Origin: Vitrella brassicaformis CCMP3155
Taxonomy: Eukaryota > Protista > Chromerida
Direction: 5' to 3'
Length of the DNA stretch: 64,000 bases
Assembly: GCA_001179505.1 (NCBI GenBank)
Contig: CDMY01000348.1
Span: 43,836 to 107,835 of the forward strand
Shown: piece by piece, positions 11,103 to 25,500 of the stretch
How positions within the stretch are numbered: the stretch's first letter is position 1
How the letters are laid out: each line of letters opens with the position of its first letter
Translations under genes and position numbers: made by a program
Notes under the pieces: generated by a model
Seen by the model: the letters and a program-made list of their open reading frames with translations, nothing else
Told to the model about the DNA's origin: nothing
Database searches by the model: none

Positions 11103-14100
11103 TCATGCTTCTTCTGCATCGTCGGCTTTGGGTTCTCCGTCCGGCATGAAGTGGGGATAGGCAGCGAAATCCACCGGCATGAAGGACACCTCGTCAGAAC
11201 CCTGCACACACGTACACAAGGTCGTCCGCGCACTGAAGAGAAAGATACATTGCACGTGCGTCTTGACGCACCTGTTTGGAGAATGCATGCAGGCCGACGC
11301 ATTGAATGAGGTCGCTCTCCCTGCACTCATCCACCGGTCACGAGACAAAGAGACACACCTGTGTTGCCTGCACGATCAGGCTATCTCTAGGTACCTTGAT
11401 GGGTTGAGCAGATGTAACGCTTGGCTCCTGAGCAGCCAGGGGTGGAGATCAGTCTCGTGCACATCCCCAATCCATACCACCTGACCCGAACGCCAATCAC
11501 TTATCTGACAATTGGGGNNNNNNNNNNNNNNNNNNNNNNNNNNNNNNNNNNNNNNNNNNNNNNNNNNNNNNNNNNNNNNNNNNNNNNNNNNNNNNNNNNN
11601 NNNNNNNNNNNNNNNNNNNNNNNNNNNNNNNNNNNNNNNNNNNNNNNNNNNNNNNNNNNNNNNNNNNNNNNNNNNNNNNNNNNNNNNNNNNNNNNNNNNN
11701 NNNNNNNNNNNNNNNNNNNNNNNNNNNNNNNNNNNNNNNNNNNNNNNNNNNNNNNNNNNNNNNNNNNNNNNNNNNNNNNNNNNNNNNNNNNNNNNNNNNN
11801 NNNNNNNNNNNNNNNNNGGGGGGAATGCAATCCACCGAAAGTGCCCTCTGAATGTGTGTGTGTGTGCCTGTCTTTCTTCTTCCCACCCTGAGTCTGAAGT
11901 TGAACGTGTACATGACAGTGTCCCTTGGGAAGGTGCCCTCGAAAACCTCCACACGGATCCTGATACCGAACAACCAACCAACCAACGCATGCAGTCCCCA
12001 CCACGTGTGCTATCTGTGTGTCTCCTTTGCTCTCACCTTGGGTGTTGTGGGTCGAATGGCACATCATGTTCCTTTACAGCAGCACGGCAGCTGTCGTCGC
12101 ATGGCAGGGCCGCCCACCGGGCACGTTGGGCGGGAGGGACGCCCGCTTGCGTGGTCGCAGGCACGGCTGGCGGTGGGGGGAGCGACACGGCCTGCGCATC
12201 TGCCGGCTGAGAACCTTCGATGCGAGCCAAGCTCTGCAGACAAATGACACTCAAGGATCGGTCGATTTGTGTTGTGTTTCCCCTGTTTTGCTGCATACCT
12301 GTCGGGGGGAGGGGAGGGGGTGAGCTGGTCCAGACACCTCAAGGGTGCGGCCGTCCGGAAGAACGCGCATACGGCTGACAATGACATCGACAAGCTCGCT
12401 CCTCTTTGACTCAATCTGAGGACATTGGTCAGATGAAGGGAGATCACCGACGGACAGAGGAGGTGTCCTTAGCGGCTCACGTACGTCCTCTGCCTTGACA
12501 TCTGCAGACGGCTGCAGGCCGGCGGTGGTGAGGACGCTGTCAAGAGTGGGATTCACCACGTGGGTTACCATCTCCTGTGAGACACACACGTGTGCTGCGG
12601 TAGGCTGAACCTTGGTTACGGTGTGGATTTTCACCTTGTTGGTTAGGGGGTCGCTGAACAGCACCTTGAAGCGAAAGGTGCCATCGGCGCCCCTCTCTCG
12701 GAGAAGCGTGAGTATGCCTGACAAGCCGCTCGGCAATCTGTGTGTGCCGCGATGCAGCCGGTCCGTGTCCACGTCTGCGTAGAACACAACCAAAGAGACA
12801 CACGTACATATCGCCAAATGACATCGAACCCTTTCTCTGTACCCTTGAGCGCGGGTCTTCTCTCTGGCGTGCCGCGGACAAAGTCGCCTCCCTGGACGCA
12901 AAGGCAGCCATTTCATGTCTGTCTCTATGTACGCGGAGTGAGTGGTTCACCTTGAGGAGTGAGGGTTTGAATGGTGCCTTGACGGCAAAGTACCTCTGGA
13001 AGAACCGCAGCAGCTGAATGCGAGGGGGGAAGGCGCGGGGGAAGGGCACAGATGACAGGCTGCAGCAAAAGAAAGACGAGGGAATGGCAGATTGATACAT
13101 CTTGTGTCCTCCTCACCTCGTGAGTGCCTTGGGTGTGAGCGACTCTTCGGGGTACTTTTCGTCCATTTCCAGCTGTTCCTTGGTCTTCATAGCCTGCATG
13201 AGCTGGTCGCTGTGCTTGTCGTGGATCAGACAGTGGAAGGCAAACTGATGAGATGGCTCGTATATAGCGATCCGCAACACCCTGCCAGCAACAAGACACA
13301 GGGGACATCGAGGCATCAAGAACCAATGTGTCGATCGCTGACTGACCGTGGGTTGAAGTCATCGACGACCACGATGGCCAGCCTGAGGCCTCCCACGTGC
13401 TTGATCTCAGTGTACACGCCAAGTGGCACGCTGGACAGCTTGTCGCCGAGAGGCAGGAAGTACACTCCACCGCCGTCCTCCTCGCCATTGGCCGCCGAAC
13501 CGCCTGTGCGGGACACCTCGAAGGCCAGCAGGAAATCCTGGCAGTACGTCTTCTTTGATATTGAGAAGTGAAGGACGTATTTCGCCTCTCCGTCGGGCTT
13601 GGCTTGTGGTGGCGTGCCGCCTCCTCGTTGGGTGGGGGGCCGGAGGCCGCCATTGGGGCGGACGGAGCGGGAGCAGGAGAAGACGACCTCAGAGTCGACC
13701 TCGAACGTGCTGTCCCTAAGGACATGCACGAGACAGCACATACAGAATTGCTGGACATCACTTGCGTGTGCCATGCCTTGGTTTGAATGGGAATGTGATG
13801 AGGGGGACGTGGGTGCTGAGGAGGCGCTGGGACTCGTCGGATGGGTACAGCTCCTGCCCTGCCGACATGTCCTTGATCGAATCCGCAAACTCGCCATTCT
13901 CACCGAGCGTCCCAAACCTGTTTGTTAAAGGCAATTCAGTTGACCGCGTTTGTCGTCCTGTCTTTGATGTGACCTGAGAAGCTGTTCGACGATCTGTGCG
14001 ACCTTCTCCCGCAGCGACCGCTCCACCAGCGTGTAGATGGCCTCGTCATGCAGAGTGAAACGAGCCTCCTGAAGCAATACACAAGCGAATCATTGAGGTG

Positions 14101-17100
14101 TGCGTTCAAAAAGTGGCGCTCCACAAACTCGACCTTTTTTGAAGTGTAGTTGTGGACGATGTATGTAACGCTGTGAGGGAAGGAGGACTCGTTCATTGCA
14201 ATGTAATAGTCATTATCTCCAACACTCCTGCGATAGACAGGGACGAGTAGGTGCGAATGCCACAAGAGCTTCTTGGCATCGGCTTGCTTGCCTGTATTCT
14301 ATGTAGAGCTTCTGCGGCTGCATGTCATCCTTGGTGGGCATCAGCACTTGCAGGGGGTATCTGTGCGTCGGCCAGTACACGCCCAGCCGGTGCCACTCCT
14401 TGATGCCGTACTCCCGTTTGCTGTCCACCGTCATGACCACGCCCTTCTCCCCTTCAGTGAGTGTCTCTTGCGTCTTGTACAGTCTCTTCCACCCAGTGCC
14501 CTGCACCGACGCCATGCCCGCCTCAAGCGGCGACCCACCCACTGCCAGCGGGCCGCGACGAACACTCACACCGTCAGCCGGCCTGGATGAACACAAGCAA
14601 CAAAGGATCAGCGGACAATGTGCCTCCCTGCTTGCCTACTTTGCCTCGCTCGTCACGGCGAAAGGCGATTCTTTCTCGTCTTCCGGTGGCGCTTCGGCGG
14701 GCTCGACAGGCTCGGGAGCACCTGCTGGCAGTGAGCGGCAGACAAGGGCGCGCTGAATGTCTTGCCCTGCTGTCTCGAGGGGCGTGATCTCTATCGACTG
14801 GATGATCCGCTCAAGGAGGGCCGGCTGATTTCACAGAGGAGGAAGTAGCCGAGCTTCAGAGCATTATGGAATTGTTGCAATTGGCTAACCTTCTCTGCAG
14901 GGTCAAGGAGCGAGTGCACGTCGGATGGAAGGATGGATCCAAGGCTGCGGTCGTTCAGACGGAGCGAGAAGTATCGCTGCTCCCATTTGCTGAAGGCGAC
15001 GACTAGGATGTTGTGCACACAGACGGCAGCGAGAGGCGCCTTCGGCTCGTCATAGAGGGCGATGAGCAGCGGCCCGCTGACGGCAGGGGCAATCCCATCG
15101 TCGATCTCCTTCTGCTGCAGGTGAAGGGCCACAGTGCGCTCGCGGACAATCAGTGCCTCATCTATCTCATGCGTCATCAGCTTGTGACACTCCTGCAAGC
15201 CAGAGACACCACAAGTCTTTGCGTTGCACGCAACCCTGCTTCATCCACACGCACCTCTGCGGTGAGCGGATCGGTCTCTCCCTTGTCACGAGCAGGCGTC
15301 TCCATTGCTCTCCGGGAGAAGCCATCGCTCGCCGAGAGGACAGATTCAGGAGTCAGGTCGATGACCAGTCTCCCTGCGTCGCCCTCGGTCAGCCTGACGC
15401 CCTTGGCCAGCTCGTAGGCAACAGCATCCCTGACCTTGGCGTCCCTCAGGTTGAGGTGGCTCGACCCGCCGCCCTTGCCCGTCATCGCTCGGCTCACCAG
15501 GGATGGCATCTGACAGGACCGACGGCAATATCAATGTGTGCCATGTGTTGTGTGGCTTGGTTACATGGTAGAGACGGGTAGAGTCGACGAGATACGTGCC
15601 GCGCTGTGCTGATGTGCCGTGGGTGGGAGTGGCTGTAACGATGAAGTGGATGAACGGGCGAAGCCGCTCATACACAGCCACAGTGGCACGGCATAACGTC
15701 GGCAGAGGCACCTCCTCAATCGCCTCTTCCTCTGCAGCCTTCTCTTTCGCCTCAGGAGCCTCGGCTGCCTCTGCCGCCTGTGTCTCGTCTTCCTTGGTCT
15801 CCCCTGCTGCTGCTGCTGCTGCTGCTGCTGTCGTGGGAGGAGGTTTGACCGGGAAGCTCTCATAGGTCCGCTCGACCGTGAGCAGAGGCTTTTCGCGGCT
15901 CTGCAAGGCCTTGTGTGTCAGCTCCTCCTCCACAGCCAGCCGCATCCGCTCCCTCTCATCCACCACCTCCACAGGCCGCAACACGCCGTCCTCACCCTCA
16001 CCGGGTTCCTCAACCACCCGTGGCGCCTCCTCCCTCTCCTCGTGCGTCTCCTCTGCCTCTTCCCCGGCGATCCGGGGGCCTGTTTCGGCCGCCCCGGCGG
16101 GGAGGGCATCTTCGATCAGCTCCGACTGGAGGAAGGCGAGCAGCTGGTCACGACGATTGGATGGAGGGGGGAGGGCCAGCCTGATGCGCTGCTCCGGATG
16201 GGGGTGAGACAGCACCTTGGTGAAGTCCTGATGAGTGACATTCACACGCATCTAGCGGGATTCGTTTTTTCTTGGCTCGTGCGATCCAACCTGGGTCAGA
16301 AGGACTGTTTGTGCGTAGGCCTCCCTCTGTGCGGTGATGGCCTCGACGCGGCCTGCTTGTGCGGCGCTCACGAGTGACGCCCACGCCACTCGCACAGCCA
16401 CCGCCTGCTGCGAGTGCAGCTCCTCGGCAGCCAGAAGGAAAAGCAGCTCGCCGAATTGATGGCTCTCAGCAAACAGCGTCAGATTGTGCGGCGGCGCCAC
16501 CAAAGCTCGCCCATTTCCTAATCGCGGTCCCGCCAGCGGCACTGTCAGCCGAGCCGTCGCGCAGCTGGCCGCCTCTGTGACACCAACCATCGCCACACGG
16601 CCACTGGCGTCCTTGCCGTCCACCAGTGGATTTCTCTTTATCCAAAAGTGGAAGAAACGGCCGCCAGCAACGATGAGGTCATCCCACACTCGCACATCGG
16701 GGGCAGCAGAGGTCGGGGGGAGAGATGGGGAGGGAAGAGTTGGAGCGGGGCGCCTGGGGCGGGTAGGGAACAGGGGTGTGATTGGTGGTGTGCCGGCCAC
16801 CAGTCTGCGTGTTTTGTTGCGGTGGTCGATGGAGTCTTTGGCCTCGTCGGCCATGTCGATGTCGTTCAGGACCGTTGGAGGCGCGGCCACGTTCTCAACT
16901 GACAGAACAGAGGATGCCGAGAAAGAAGCAAATGGAGTGATCTGCCTGTCGGTATACCTGCACAGAGAATCTCGATGCGGTCCTTTTTGACCACACGGAG
17001 AGACTCTGACAGTACCTCGACGAGCTCGTGGATCATGTTGGAGTCCTGAGGAGGCACGAGCAGCTTGCATGCATGACGCTGTGTCCGTCCATCCATGCCC

Positions 17101-20100
17101 ACCCTGAAGAGGTTGGTCTTTGTCCCCACGAGCACCCGCACATCGTCGATGAGCACGTGGACCAGATAGTTGCCTCCCGTCTCGTTGTCATAGCCCACCA
17201 GCTTCACGCAGAACGGCTCAATCATCCGATAGGCAGTCAGCTGCAGTAGAGCAGTCAGTGCACAAGGATACAGACCGTCGTGTGTTCCAATGTTTTGATC
17301 TTTCATACAGCTGACCACAAGGTAGTGAGAAGAGACCGCGCGTCCCTTGCGCCCAATGAGCTCAGTAGCCTCCGCGGGCCACTGGTAGGGAGCCGTCAGC
17401 GTGCCCCTCAGGATGCACACTCCCCACACGCCGATGTCGTCAAGGATCGACCCGCCCTCAGCCACGCAATTCGACAGCTTCCGCAACAAATCATCAATGG
17501 ACTCGGCGGCCGACGGATCATCTACATACGAACAGAACCACATCAGAATGTCTTGTCTCTCTCGTCACCGTTGTTGCTGACCAACCCGCAATCTCGCAGA
17601 AGACTCGCACCAGGGGATTGTCACCGAAGTTGGGGTTGAAGGGCTTTGCTTTCCTCTTCTTGATGTCATCGTCGTCGTCGACGTCCAGTCTGGGCGGAGG
17701 TGGGTATGGGATGGTCGGCTGAGAGAACTCGGCTGCTGCTCCCTCAGGCTGCTCCTCTTCGGGCTCGTTGAGCAGCGGTCGGCTGGGGGCCTGCGGCCGC
17801 TGGACGCGATCTCGTGTGCGATGGAGCTCCACCTGCAATGTAGACAAGACCCCTGGTGTCTAGTTACATATATGTGTGCGTGTGTACGCTGCTTGCGGAG
17901 AATGGGTGGGGGGACAAGTCTTGGTCCTCCATGTCCTCATCTCCTTGAGTCATCGGCTGCTCAGCCCGCTGCGCCTCTTTGCCCAGTGGAGGCGGCCTTG
18001 CTCCTGGTCCCTTGGTGGTAGTGCTTGCCCAGACGATGGAGCCATCCTTAAGGCTGCGCCCGTGGGTGTCCAAGATCTCCTCGTGCATCGTGTCCTCAGG
18101 CAGCTCGGTCTCCTCGAGCACCCTACAAGCAGCAAATGATGCTAAGGATGGAAACGCAGACACACAAGCACACTCGCTTGCAGCACCTGATGCGGTTTGT
18201 GTTGATGTCGAGGGATACAGCAAGGTACTGGATGAGGCCTGCCTGCTGGTAAGCTTTCTTCCTCACAGTGATGTAGAACGAGCCCCTGGCCAGTATAAAC
18301 AGCACACAGATATGGGGGATGCATGGGATGCATGTTGTTCGACTGCTCAGATGCTTACTTGAATTCCTTCTGCATTCGGAGGAACTCTGAAGTCTCCTGC
18401 GCCCTGATGAGCTCCTGAGCGAGGAACTCGGACCGGTTAGCGAGATGCGTCACCTCTTGCACAGACTGGGCACGGTAGTTCTCGAACTCATCCTCCTTTT
18501 GCTGCAGCTGGTTCTGAAGCTTGATCGTCTCCCTAGACGCAAGCATGAGACAAAGTACACGTGCACATAGATGCACTGCCACCCACACCTGTCGACGGCT
18601 CTCTTCTTTTCGGCTTGCAGTGAGCTCCGCATTTCATCGATCTTCCGCGCGTGTTCCTCCTGCGCTTTCTGCAGCTCTTCTTCCTTGACCCGCTTGGCCT
18701 CATCGATGCGAATCTCAGTGTCAGACTGCAGGCAAAGAGAAACACGTAGATGGTATCAAGGAAGCGTATCGTACTTACCTCGGCCTTTTGCAGTGCCTCT
18801 TGCAGCTCATTCAGTCTTGATGCCATTACGTCCTGAGCGCTCTCCAGTGTCTTCTTCAGCGCCTCAGCCTCGTCAGACAACCGCAGCTTCTCTGAATTCC
18901 AGACGATAATTACAAGCAGAAGATCAGACCTCACGAGCGACATCTGCACTCGCTCTTCACTCACCCTTGCTTGTGGCGTCCAGTGCTTGTTTCAGCTCGT
19001 ACACTTCTTTCTCCAGCGCGTCTGCGTCAGCAGGGGGTGCTGGTTGTGTTGGTGGAGGCATCCCTGCGACGGCAGAAGACCCCTCCCCTGACTGCACATC
19101 TGTCCGACAACAGATCCAGCGAACACATTAATGGACGCAGAAATGGACTGAGATACCTTACCTGTCTGTGCGGCCATTTCGGTGGCGTTGTATTCGGTCT
19201 GTGTGGTCTTCTGGGCCTCGAGCCACTGTCGTGATGTCTGGGTCTCCATGGCCGCTCCCACCTTCCCTTCCTCCTCCTCCTCTTCTTCTCCCTTCATGAC
19301 GATCTCACCCGACGTCTGTGTCTCCATGGGCTGGACCTCTTGCAGGGCTGTCTGTGTCTCCATGCCCTTCAGCTCGACCTTCTCCTTCTCCCCTTCCTCT
19401 TCAACCTCCTCGTCCTTCATAGCCAGGCCAGATGTCTGTGTCTCCATCGGTTTGAGCTCACCCTTAGGAGGGGCTTCTGACGGCAGCTCGCCCGACGTTT
19501 GTGTCTCCATCACTTGGCCCTCCCTCCTTGTTTCGTCCATCAAGGTGCCTGATGTCTGGGTCTCCATGGGCTTCAGCGCGGCTTTCTCCTTCTCTTCTCC
19601 CATGGCCAGCCCGGACGTCTGTGTCTCCATGGGTTTGAACTCGGCTTTGGGCGCCGCGGGCTCTGCTGCTGCCTCCGCTACCTCTTCGGCCTCTTTCTCT
19701 TCTTTGCCCTCAACCGCTGACTCTTCTGGTTGTTCCTCACCTTCAGCCTCTCGATCAGCCTCAGCCTCAGCCGGGACAGCCTCGCCTTTCGCCTCCTCCT
19801 CTGCTATCGCTCCTGGAGCTTCAGCCTGCTCCTGTTGTGGCTCCGCTGCCTGCTCCTGTTGTGGCTCCGCAGCCTCCTCCTCTTCCTGTGGCTCGACTGC
19901 GGGCTCCTCAGCTATCTGGAGAGGGGCGGGGGCCGCCTGTGCTGCTGCTGCCTCATCCCTCGCAGCTTGCAGCTGCTCTTGAAGCTCGCCTTCGATCTGG
20001 TCATGAAGCGCCTTGAGACTCTCGAGGGCCGTGTCCTTCTCCTGCAAAGCCTGCTCGGTGGCGCTCAGCTCCTACGGAAGGTGGAGGGGGCAGAGAAAAT

Positions 20101-22254
20101 CTCCACCGCAAGGATGTGACATTGTTGGTTTGTGTACCTTCTCGAGGTCGAGTATGCGTTGCTCCTTTGCCTGACCTATTTCCTGGTTGAGATCCTCGAG
20201 CTTCTTCTCTGACAATTGGAGCTCACGCTGCGAAGAACAGAAAGAACACGTGAGAGAAAACGTTCTTTCGAATGATCCATTGCCCACCTGCAGCTCATCG
20301 ACTTGGTTTTGCATAACACGCTGGTCGGCCAGAAATTCCACCCTCTCGTTCTCTTTGGCAAAGATCATCTGTAGAGGCACGATGGGTGCGGCCTATATGT
20401 GAGTCACCTCCCTCCTTGCTTCCTTACTTCTTTCATTCTCTCTTCAGCGTTGGCCTTGAGTTTGTTTGCCAGTTCGACACTCGCGAGGGCAGCCTGGCGG
20501 CGTACACGAAGCTACGGCGAATTGCAGGTGTCCGTCTGCTCATTCCACTGACCTCTTTCTCCGCCTCGAGTGAGGCCATTTGGGCCTGTGCATCCACCAA
20601 ACGCTTCTTCAGCGACTCGATCGAGCCTTGAGCCTCGACCAGCAGCGATTGGTCCCTCAGCTGGTCTTCCAAGCTCCGTGCCTCGCTCTCAAATCGGGCC
20701 TGAAGCAACCAAAGGCAGAATTAGTAAGGCGACGCCAGTCAGCCGGCTCGAAAGTCCCCACCTTTTGCCTCTCAAGACGCTCTCGAGTGATGCGCAGATC
20801 CGTCTGTATCCTATGGAACAGGCAGAGACATAAATAAACAAGCAAATGGACAAGCATTGGCACTGTGACAGCGGCTTTGCCTGTCCTACCCACCGCCTAC
20901 CTGTTCAGCTCTGCCCTCAGCCACCCGACTTCAGCGACCAACTCCTCGCGCGACGCATACAGCAAATCCACATGCTCGTGCTGATGGGACAGACGTGACG
21001 CAATGCAGATAGACAAGAGGAATTATGCATAACTAAGGCCATCGCCATCGATCCTCATTACGTACGTCGCTTCCAGGAGGTGGCGGTTCAGCCAGAAGGG
21101 CGACTTCCCTCGTGCGGCGCTTGAGTTTCTCCCTTAGCTTGAGGATCTTCTTCTCCATATACTGCACCTGAAGCATTAACTGCTCCTTACCCTCCTCGCC
21201 GGCACCCGTCTGACAACACAGACAGGGTACTCCTTGCGCTTGTGTGTGGTGTCTCTGCAGGCCTATGTATCCTCCTACTTCTTTCATTGCTGTTGCGAAG
21301 TCCTCTCCCGAGGTCGGGTGCGGCTGTTGGGTGTCCATTAGTGAGCCTTGGCGGTCGGCCTCGTCTCTTTCCCCAATGAGCGACCGCACCTTGTCTTTCT
21401 CCCTCTCTTTCTCCTGCTCCAGGAAGGCAGCACGCTCACGCAAATCCTCTCGCTCCTTCTGCCACTCCATGGTACGCTGGTGGAACTTATGCAGCGCATC
21501 CAAAACGCTCTGTTTGTGAATCATGTCGGCTTTCTTGGGCAGTGAGAGCTTCTGCAGCTTGCCGAGGATCTTGTCGATCTGTGCCGCATACTGCTGCTGC
21601 TTCTGCATGTACGCCTCGCCAGTGGGCCCGCTGCTGCCCAGTCTGTCTGTCCAGAGTGTGAGGGCGTAGAGGGCCTCCGTGAGCTCGTCCAGCAGCTGGC
21701 TGTACTGCTGGCTGTCATCCTCAGGCTTTCTCGGCGAGGGCTTCATTGGCGATTGAAGTGTCTCCTCGCCCCACACAGCTGATCGACAGACACGTGATTC
21801 GGAGAAGATCAGATGGATGCGACGTGCCCCAAGCAATCGCCTCCTGACCTTTGGGAGGTGCTCTTTGCTTGACAGATCTCTTGAGGCTCTCAGGTCTCTC
21901 TCCGGGCCTCCTCTCCGATGGCACTTCGGGCAGCACCACCCTCTCCCTCACGGTGCGTGGCGACGACAGCCGGGCGGATGGCGGGGAGCCGATCTTGCCT
22001 GCACTGCCGGGCGAGTAGGTCTCCACCTGAGGCCTGCTCTTGCGGTCCGCAAACAGAGGTTTGAGGTCAGGCAGCCCCAGATGATACGGGTCAACCAGGC
22101 CTGCTGCGGCAGGAGCAGGGCGGGCCTGCATACAAGACAATGGGAATATAACAGGAAGGACAGGGATGAATCCATGAGTGCATCGTACCTTGGTCGCCAC
22201 CTGAGGCCGCGGTGCGGCCTCACTTGACTGCACTGGCTGTTCTTCCACCTCCAT
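11103..22254 (-). CDS. Very large multi-exon protein: N-terminal coiled coils, central acidic linker with a TQT-motif array, C-terminal beta-rich modules; spans the gap at 11518-11817
   Basis: Successive minus-strand ORFs (21721..22254, 21033..21836, 20433..20708, 18992..20047, 18533..18964, 18355..18588, 17864..18223, 17518..17847, 16866..17543 and on) join by phase-compatible GT-AG introns wherever checked. Last exon GSDEVSF...AEEA*. The 3' part could be a separate gene. Confidence 0.6.
11518..11817. other. Assembly gap (300 N)
   Basis: Run of N; all three gaps are exactly 300 long, so the size is probably a placeholder. Confidence 0.99.
19160..19640 (-). repeat. Coding repeat: 7x METQT(S/A) plus KTTQT and MAAQT
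   Basis: Recurrent gtctg(t/g)gtctccat on the + strand; translation within ORF 18992..20047. Confidence 0.9.
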
Positions 22255-22532
22255 CCTTCTGTGTGTTGGCTCAATTTGTGCCGGACCGTGAGGGGACCAG
22301 GCAACGTCGTTCTCAGCCTTGGAATGCTATCTTAGCTCGCAGAGATTGTGAGCTCGCAGGTGCAGAAAATGGTGGTGGTGGTTAAGGGTAAGATTGTCCG
22401 GTGTCCATGCGCTGGGACAAATCTTTCGGGGGGTCAAGATCAGGTGCGCCTCGTCGCAGAGGGTTTTGGAAGCAGGTGTCTGATCTGTGAGTCCGACATT
22501 CATCATTTCACCATCTTCCGCCACTGTTCACG

Positions 22533-25500
22533 ATGAAGAGCCTGAGGCTCCTGTTGGTGTGCTGTGCTTTCATCTTGCACTTATGCCTCTCACAGGTGAT
22601 CACCCACACACCTTGGACGCACCCTACAGCCAAGATCTTGCCTGTTGTTTGTCTGCTGTGCGCCGGATCTTTCAGGTCGAATACGGGACTTTGCCTCCCG
22701 AGGAAGGGGAGATTGATGGATCCATGTCGACCCTCGCCAGGGACGTCTTGGCCGCCATGAACACGTCTGCTGACCCATGCAACGTACGTACACATGCACT
22801 CATACGCAGGAAGCCAACCATGACATCCTGGCGACACGTATGTGTGTCCGTGTGTGTGTATGTGTGTGTGGATGGGTGTCTGTGTGGGTGTGTGTTCAGG
22901 ATCCTGACACATTTGCGTGTGGAGGATGGGAGACGACGTTCGAGATGCCTCCTGAGGAGGGCCGGTGGTACAAGTCGTTCCACGGCATTCGAAATGATAC
23001 CAGGTGAGTAGACCTGCTGATGGGCAGGCACGTTATTCCATTCGTCCGTACTGTTGAGGATCGCCTCTCTCATGCCCATCGCAGATACATGATTCGTGAG
23101 GTGTTGGAGAGCGGAATTTGCCCATCGCTGCCGGACCAGGGCAACCGCACGAGGGCGCCCGCGGATGGATGGGAAGTCCTTCTCTTCTGCTGGTTCCAGG
23201 TCAGTCGACCAAGCACGGAGCGACACACACAGTCAGTTTTCATTTGGTCCGCTCTTGCTTTGTGTCAGGCCTGCATGGATCGTGATACGCTGGACGAGCT
23301 GGGCACGCAGCCGATGCTCGACTTCCTTGACTCAGAATTGCCCTTCGTGCTGCAGCCATCGATAGACGGATGGGCAGACATGACGCCGCGAGGTGAGACA
23401 CACAGACAGACGGACAGACAGACAGACAGGTAGACAGACAGACAGACTGACTGACTGACAGGCAGGTAGGCAGACAGACAGACAGACAGACAGACAAGAC
23501 GGACGAGCGCATCAGGAGCGTATATCATTGTGTGTGTGTGTGTATGTGTTGTACATGTGATTCAGAGAGGGGCAGTGTGGCTGTTGAGATGCTGGCAAAG
23601 CTGCACGCTTGGGGCGTCAAATCCACATTCGAAGTTACCGTCGAGCAGAATCCGATAACGTCAGATCCCAGATCAGTCCTCTTCTTGTACCAGGTACGCA
23701 TCACCTAGTCAAATGCTCCGACGGATGCATTCACGCCTATCACCGTTTCGTCCTCGCGCCTCTCAGAGCGGGCTGAATCTCAAGTACACGGAGTACGACG
23801 AGAACGACACGATCGCGTCCTACCTCACCTTCATGACAGCCGCCCATGAGCTCTTTCAAGAGGCCATTCCCTCTACATCCTCGCTGCGTGGCGCATCGTC
23901 CGATGGCCGTCTATCGCCAGCCGAGGCCGCCAATGCGTCACTTGCCATCGAGCAGGCCTTGCAGGACATATTCCTGACTCCTGTGGAGGAGAGGGACCCC
24001 GTCAAGGTCACGAATCAGGTCACTCTGCAGGAGGTCAAGGAGCTGGCGCCCAACATCGACTGGGACCGATTCCTGCAAGTCTTGAGTGAGTGAGCGCACC
24101 AGACAGGAAGAAGGAAGGAAGCAAGCAGATACATCCATGTATATGATGGTGTCTGTGAATGTGAAACGTGTGCAGAGGCTGAGGTCGGCCCTGCCAACCA
24201 GACGGTCACCAATGAAACCGAGATCGTCATTCATCACCGTGACTACTTTCGGGAGCTGGGGCGACTGATCACAGAAGAGTGGGATGACAAGTCACTGCTC
24301 GCCTACTTCCAATCGCGACTGTTCGTGGCGTAAGCGAATGAGCGGCCACAGCCCTCAGGCGCACACGCAGAGGGTGTGGTGTGTGTATTCCTCCGTCTGT
24401 GTGTGTCTGTTGGGCTGTCAGTGGTGCTGGTCTTTTGAGCCGTGAGTGGACTGACCTGCGTGACACGTTCAATCGCGAGGTGTTAGGTGTTGAGCCCAAG
24501 GAGAGGTGGGATGAATGTCAAAGGGCGGCGGCGCGTTCGCTGCTCAGCTGGGTCGTCACACACACCATACTAAAGGACTTCGACCCACGGGGCAAGGTGA
24601 GTTCCGAAGGGAGTGGCGTGCAGGCAGGATTGCTGCCATGTTTTCAGGTGATTGCCGAAGAGATGCTGGCCAACGTCAGGACAGAGTTCGCCGAGGTGCT
24701 TGAGGAGAGCACGTGGATGAGCAACGACACCAAGTATCCACTCACACACACAGACACACACAGGAAGACAGAGAGAGAGGGAGGGAGGGAGGGAGGGAGA
24801 GAGAGTGACGCTGTGCACAATGTGTCATCGTGCGTATGTTTGGAATACATCCGCGCAGGATTGTGGCGTTTGAGAAGCTCGACAAGATGGCCGACAGAAT
24901 TGCCTATCCCGAATGGGTGCTTTCGGCCAACTACTCGTGGCGACTGGCCGACATGTACGGCCCGGAGGACGCAGTCACGGCCCTCGACGTGAGCTTCTTC
25001 AACATGTCCTTCTACCTCAAGAGACAGGGGGTAAACCAATCATATCACATGAATGATGAATGATGGGAGAATGGATGAGTGAGGCATTGGTGTGCCTGTG
25101 TTTGTGGGTGTGTGCCCCTGTGTGTGTGTGTGGCCGTCCAGATCAAGTATGCGGCATCGTTTCATGGTCGTGAGAGGGACGAGGAGGTGTGGTATCGGAC
25201 GCCCACAGACGTCAATGCCTATTATCACCCATACTACAATGAAATGGTTTTCCTCGCCGGCATCATCGCGCCGCCAAAATTCCACGTATTCGACGAAGAT
25301 GATCCAGAAAATGAGATACTCGCCAAGAAGGTCAGTAGAGGAAGACAGACGTGTACAGGCACGTGCTCATTGTCGCGTGTGTGGGGCGTGATGCAGGTGT
25401 TGAACTACGCTGCTCTTGGCGGCATTATGGGTCACGAACTCACTCACGGCTTCGACGACGCAGGAAGCCAATATGACGCCGACGCCAAGCTGCGGAATTG

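Noticed and set aside
19160-19640. Regularly spaced DNA repeats as a CRISPR array
   Set aside because: The repeats are short, degenerate, in frame in a eukaryotic exon, and have no cas genes nearby.
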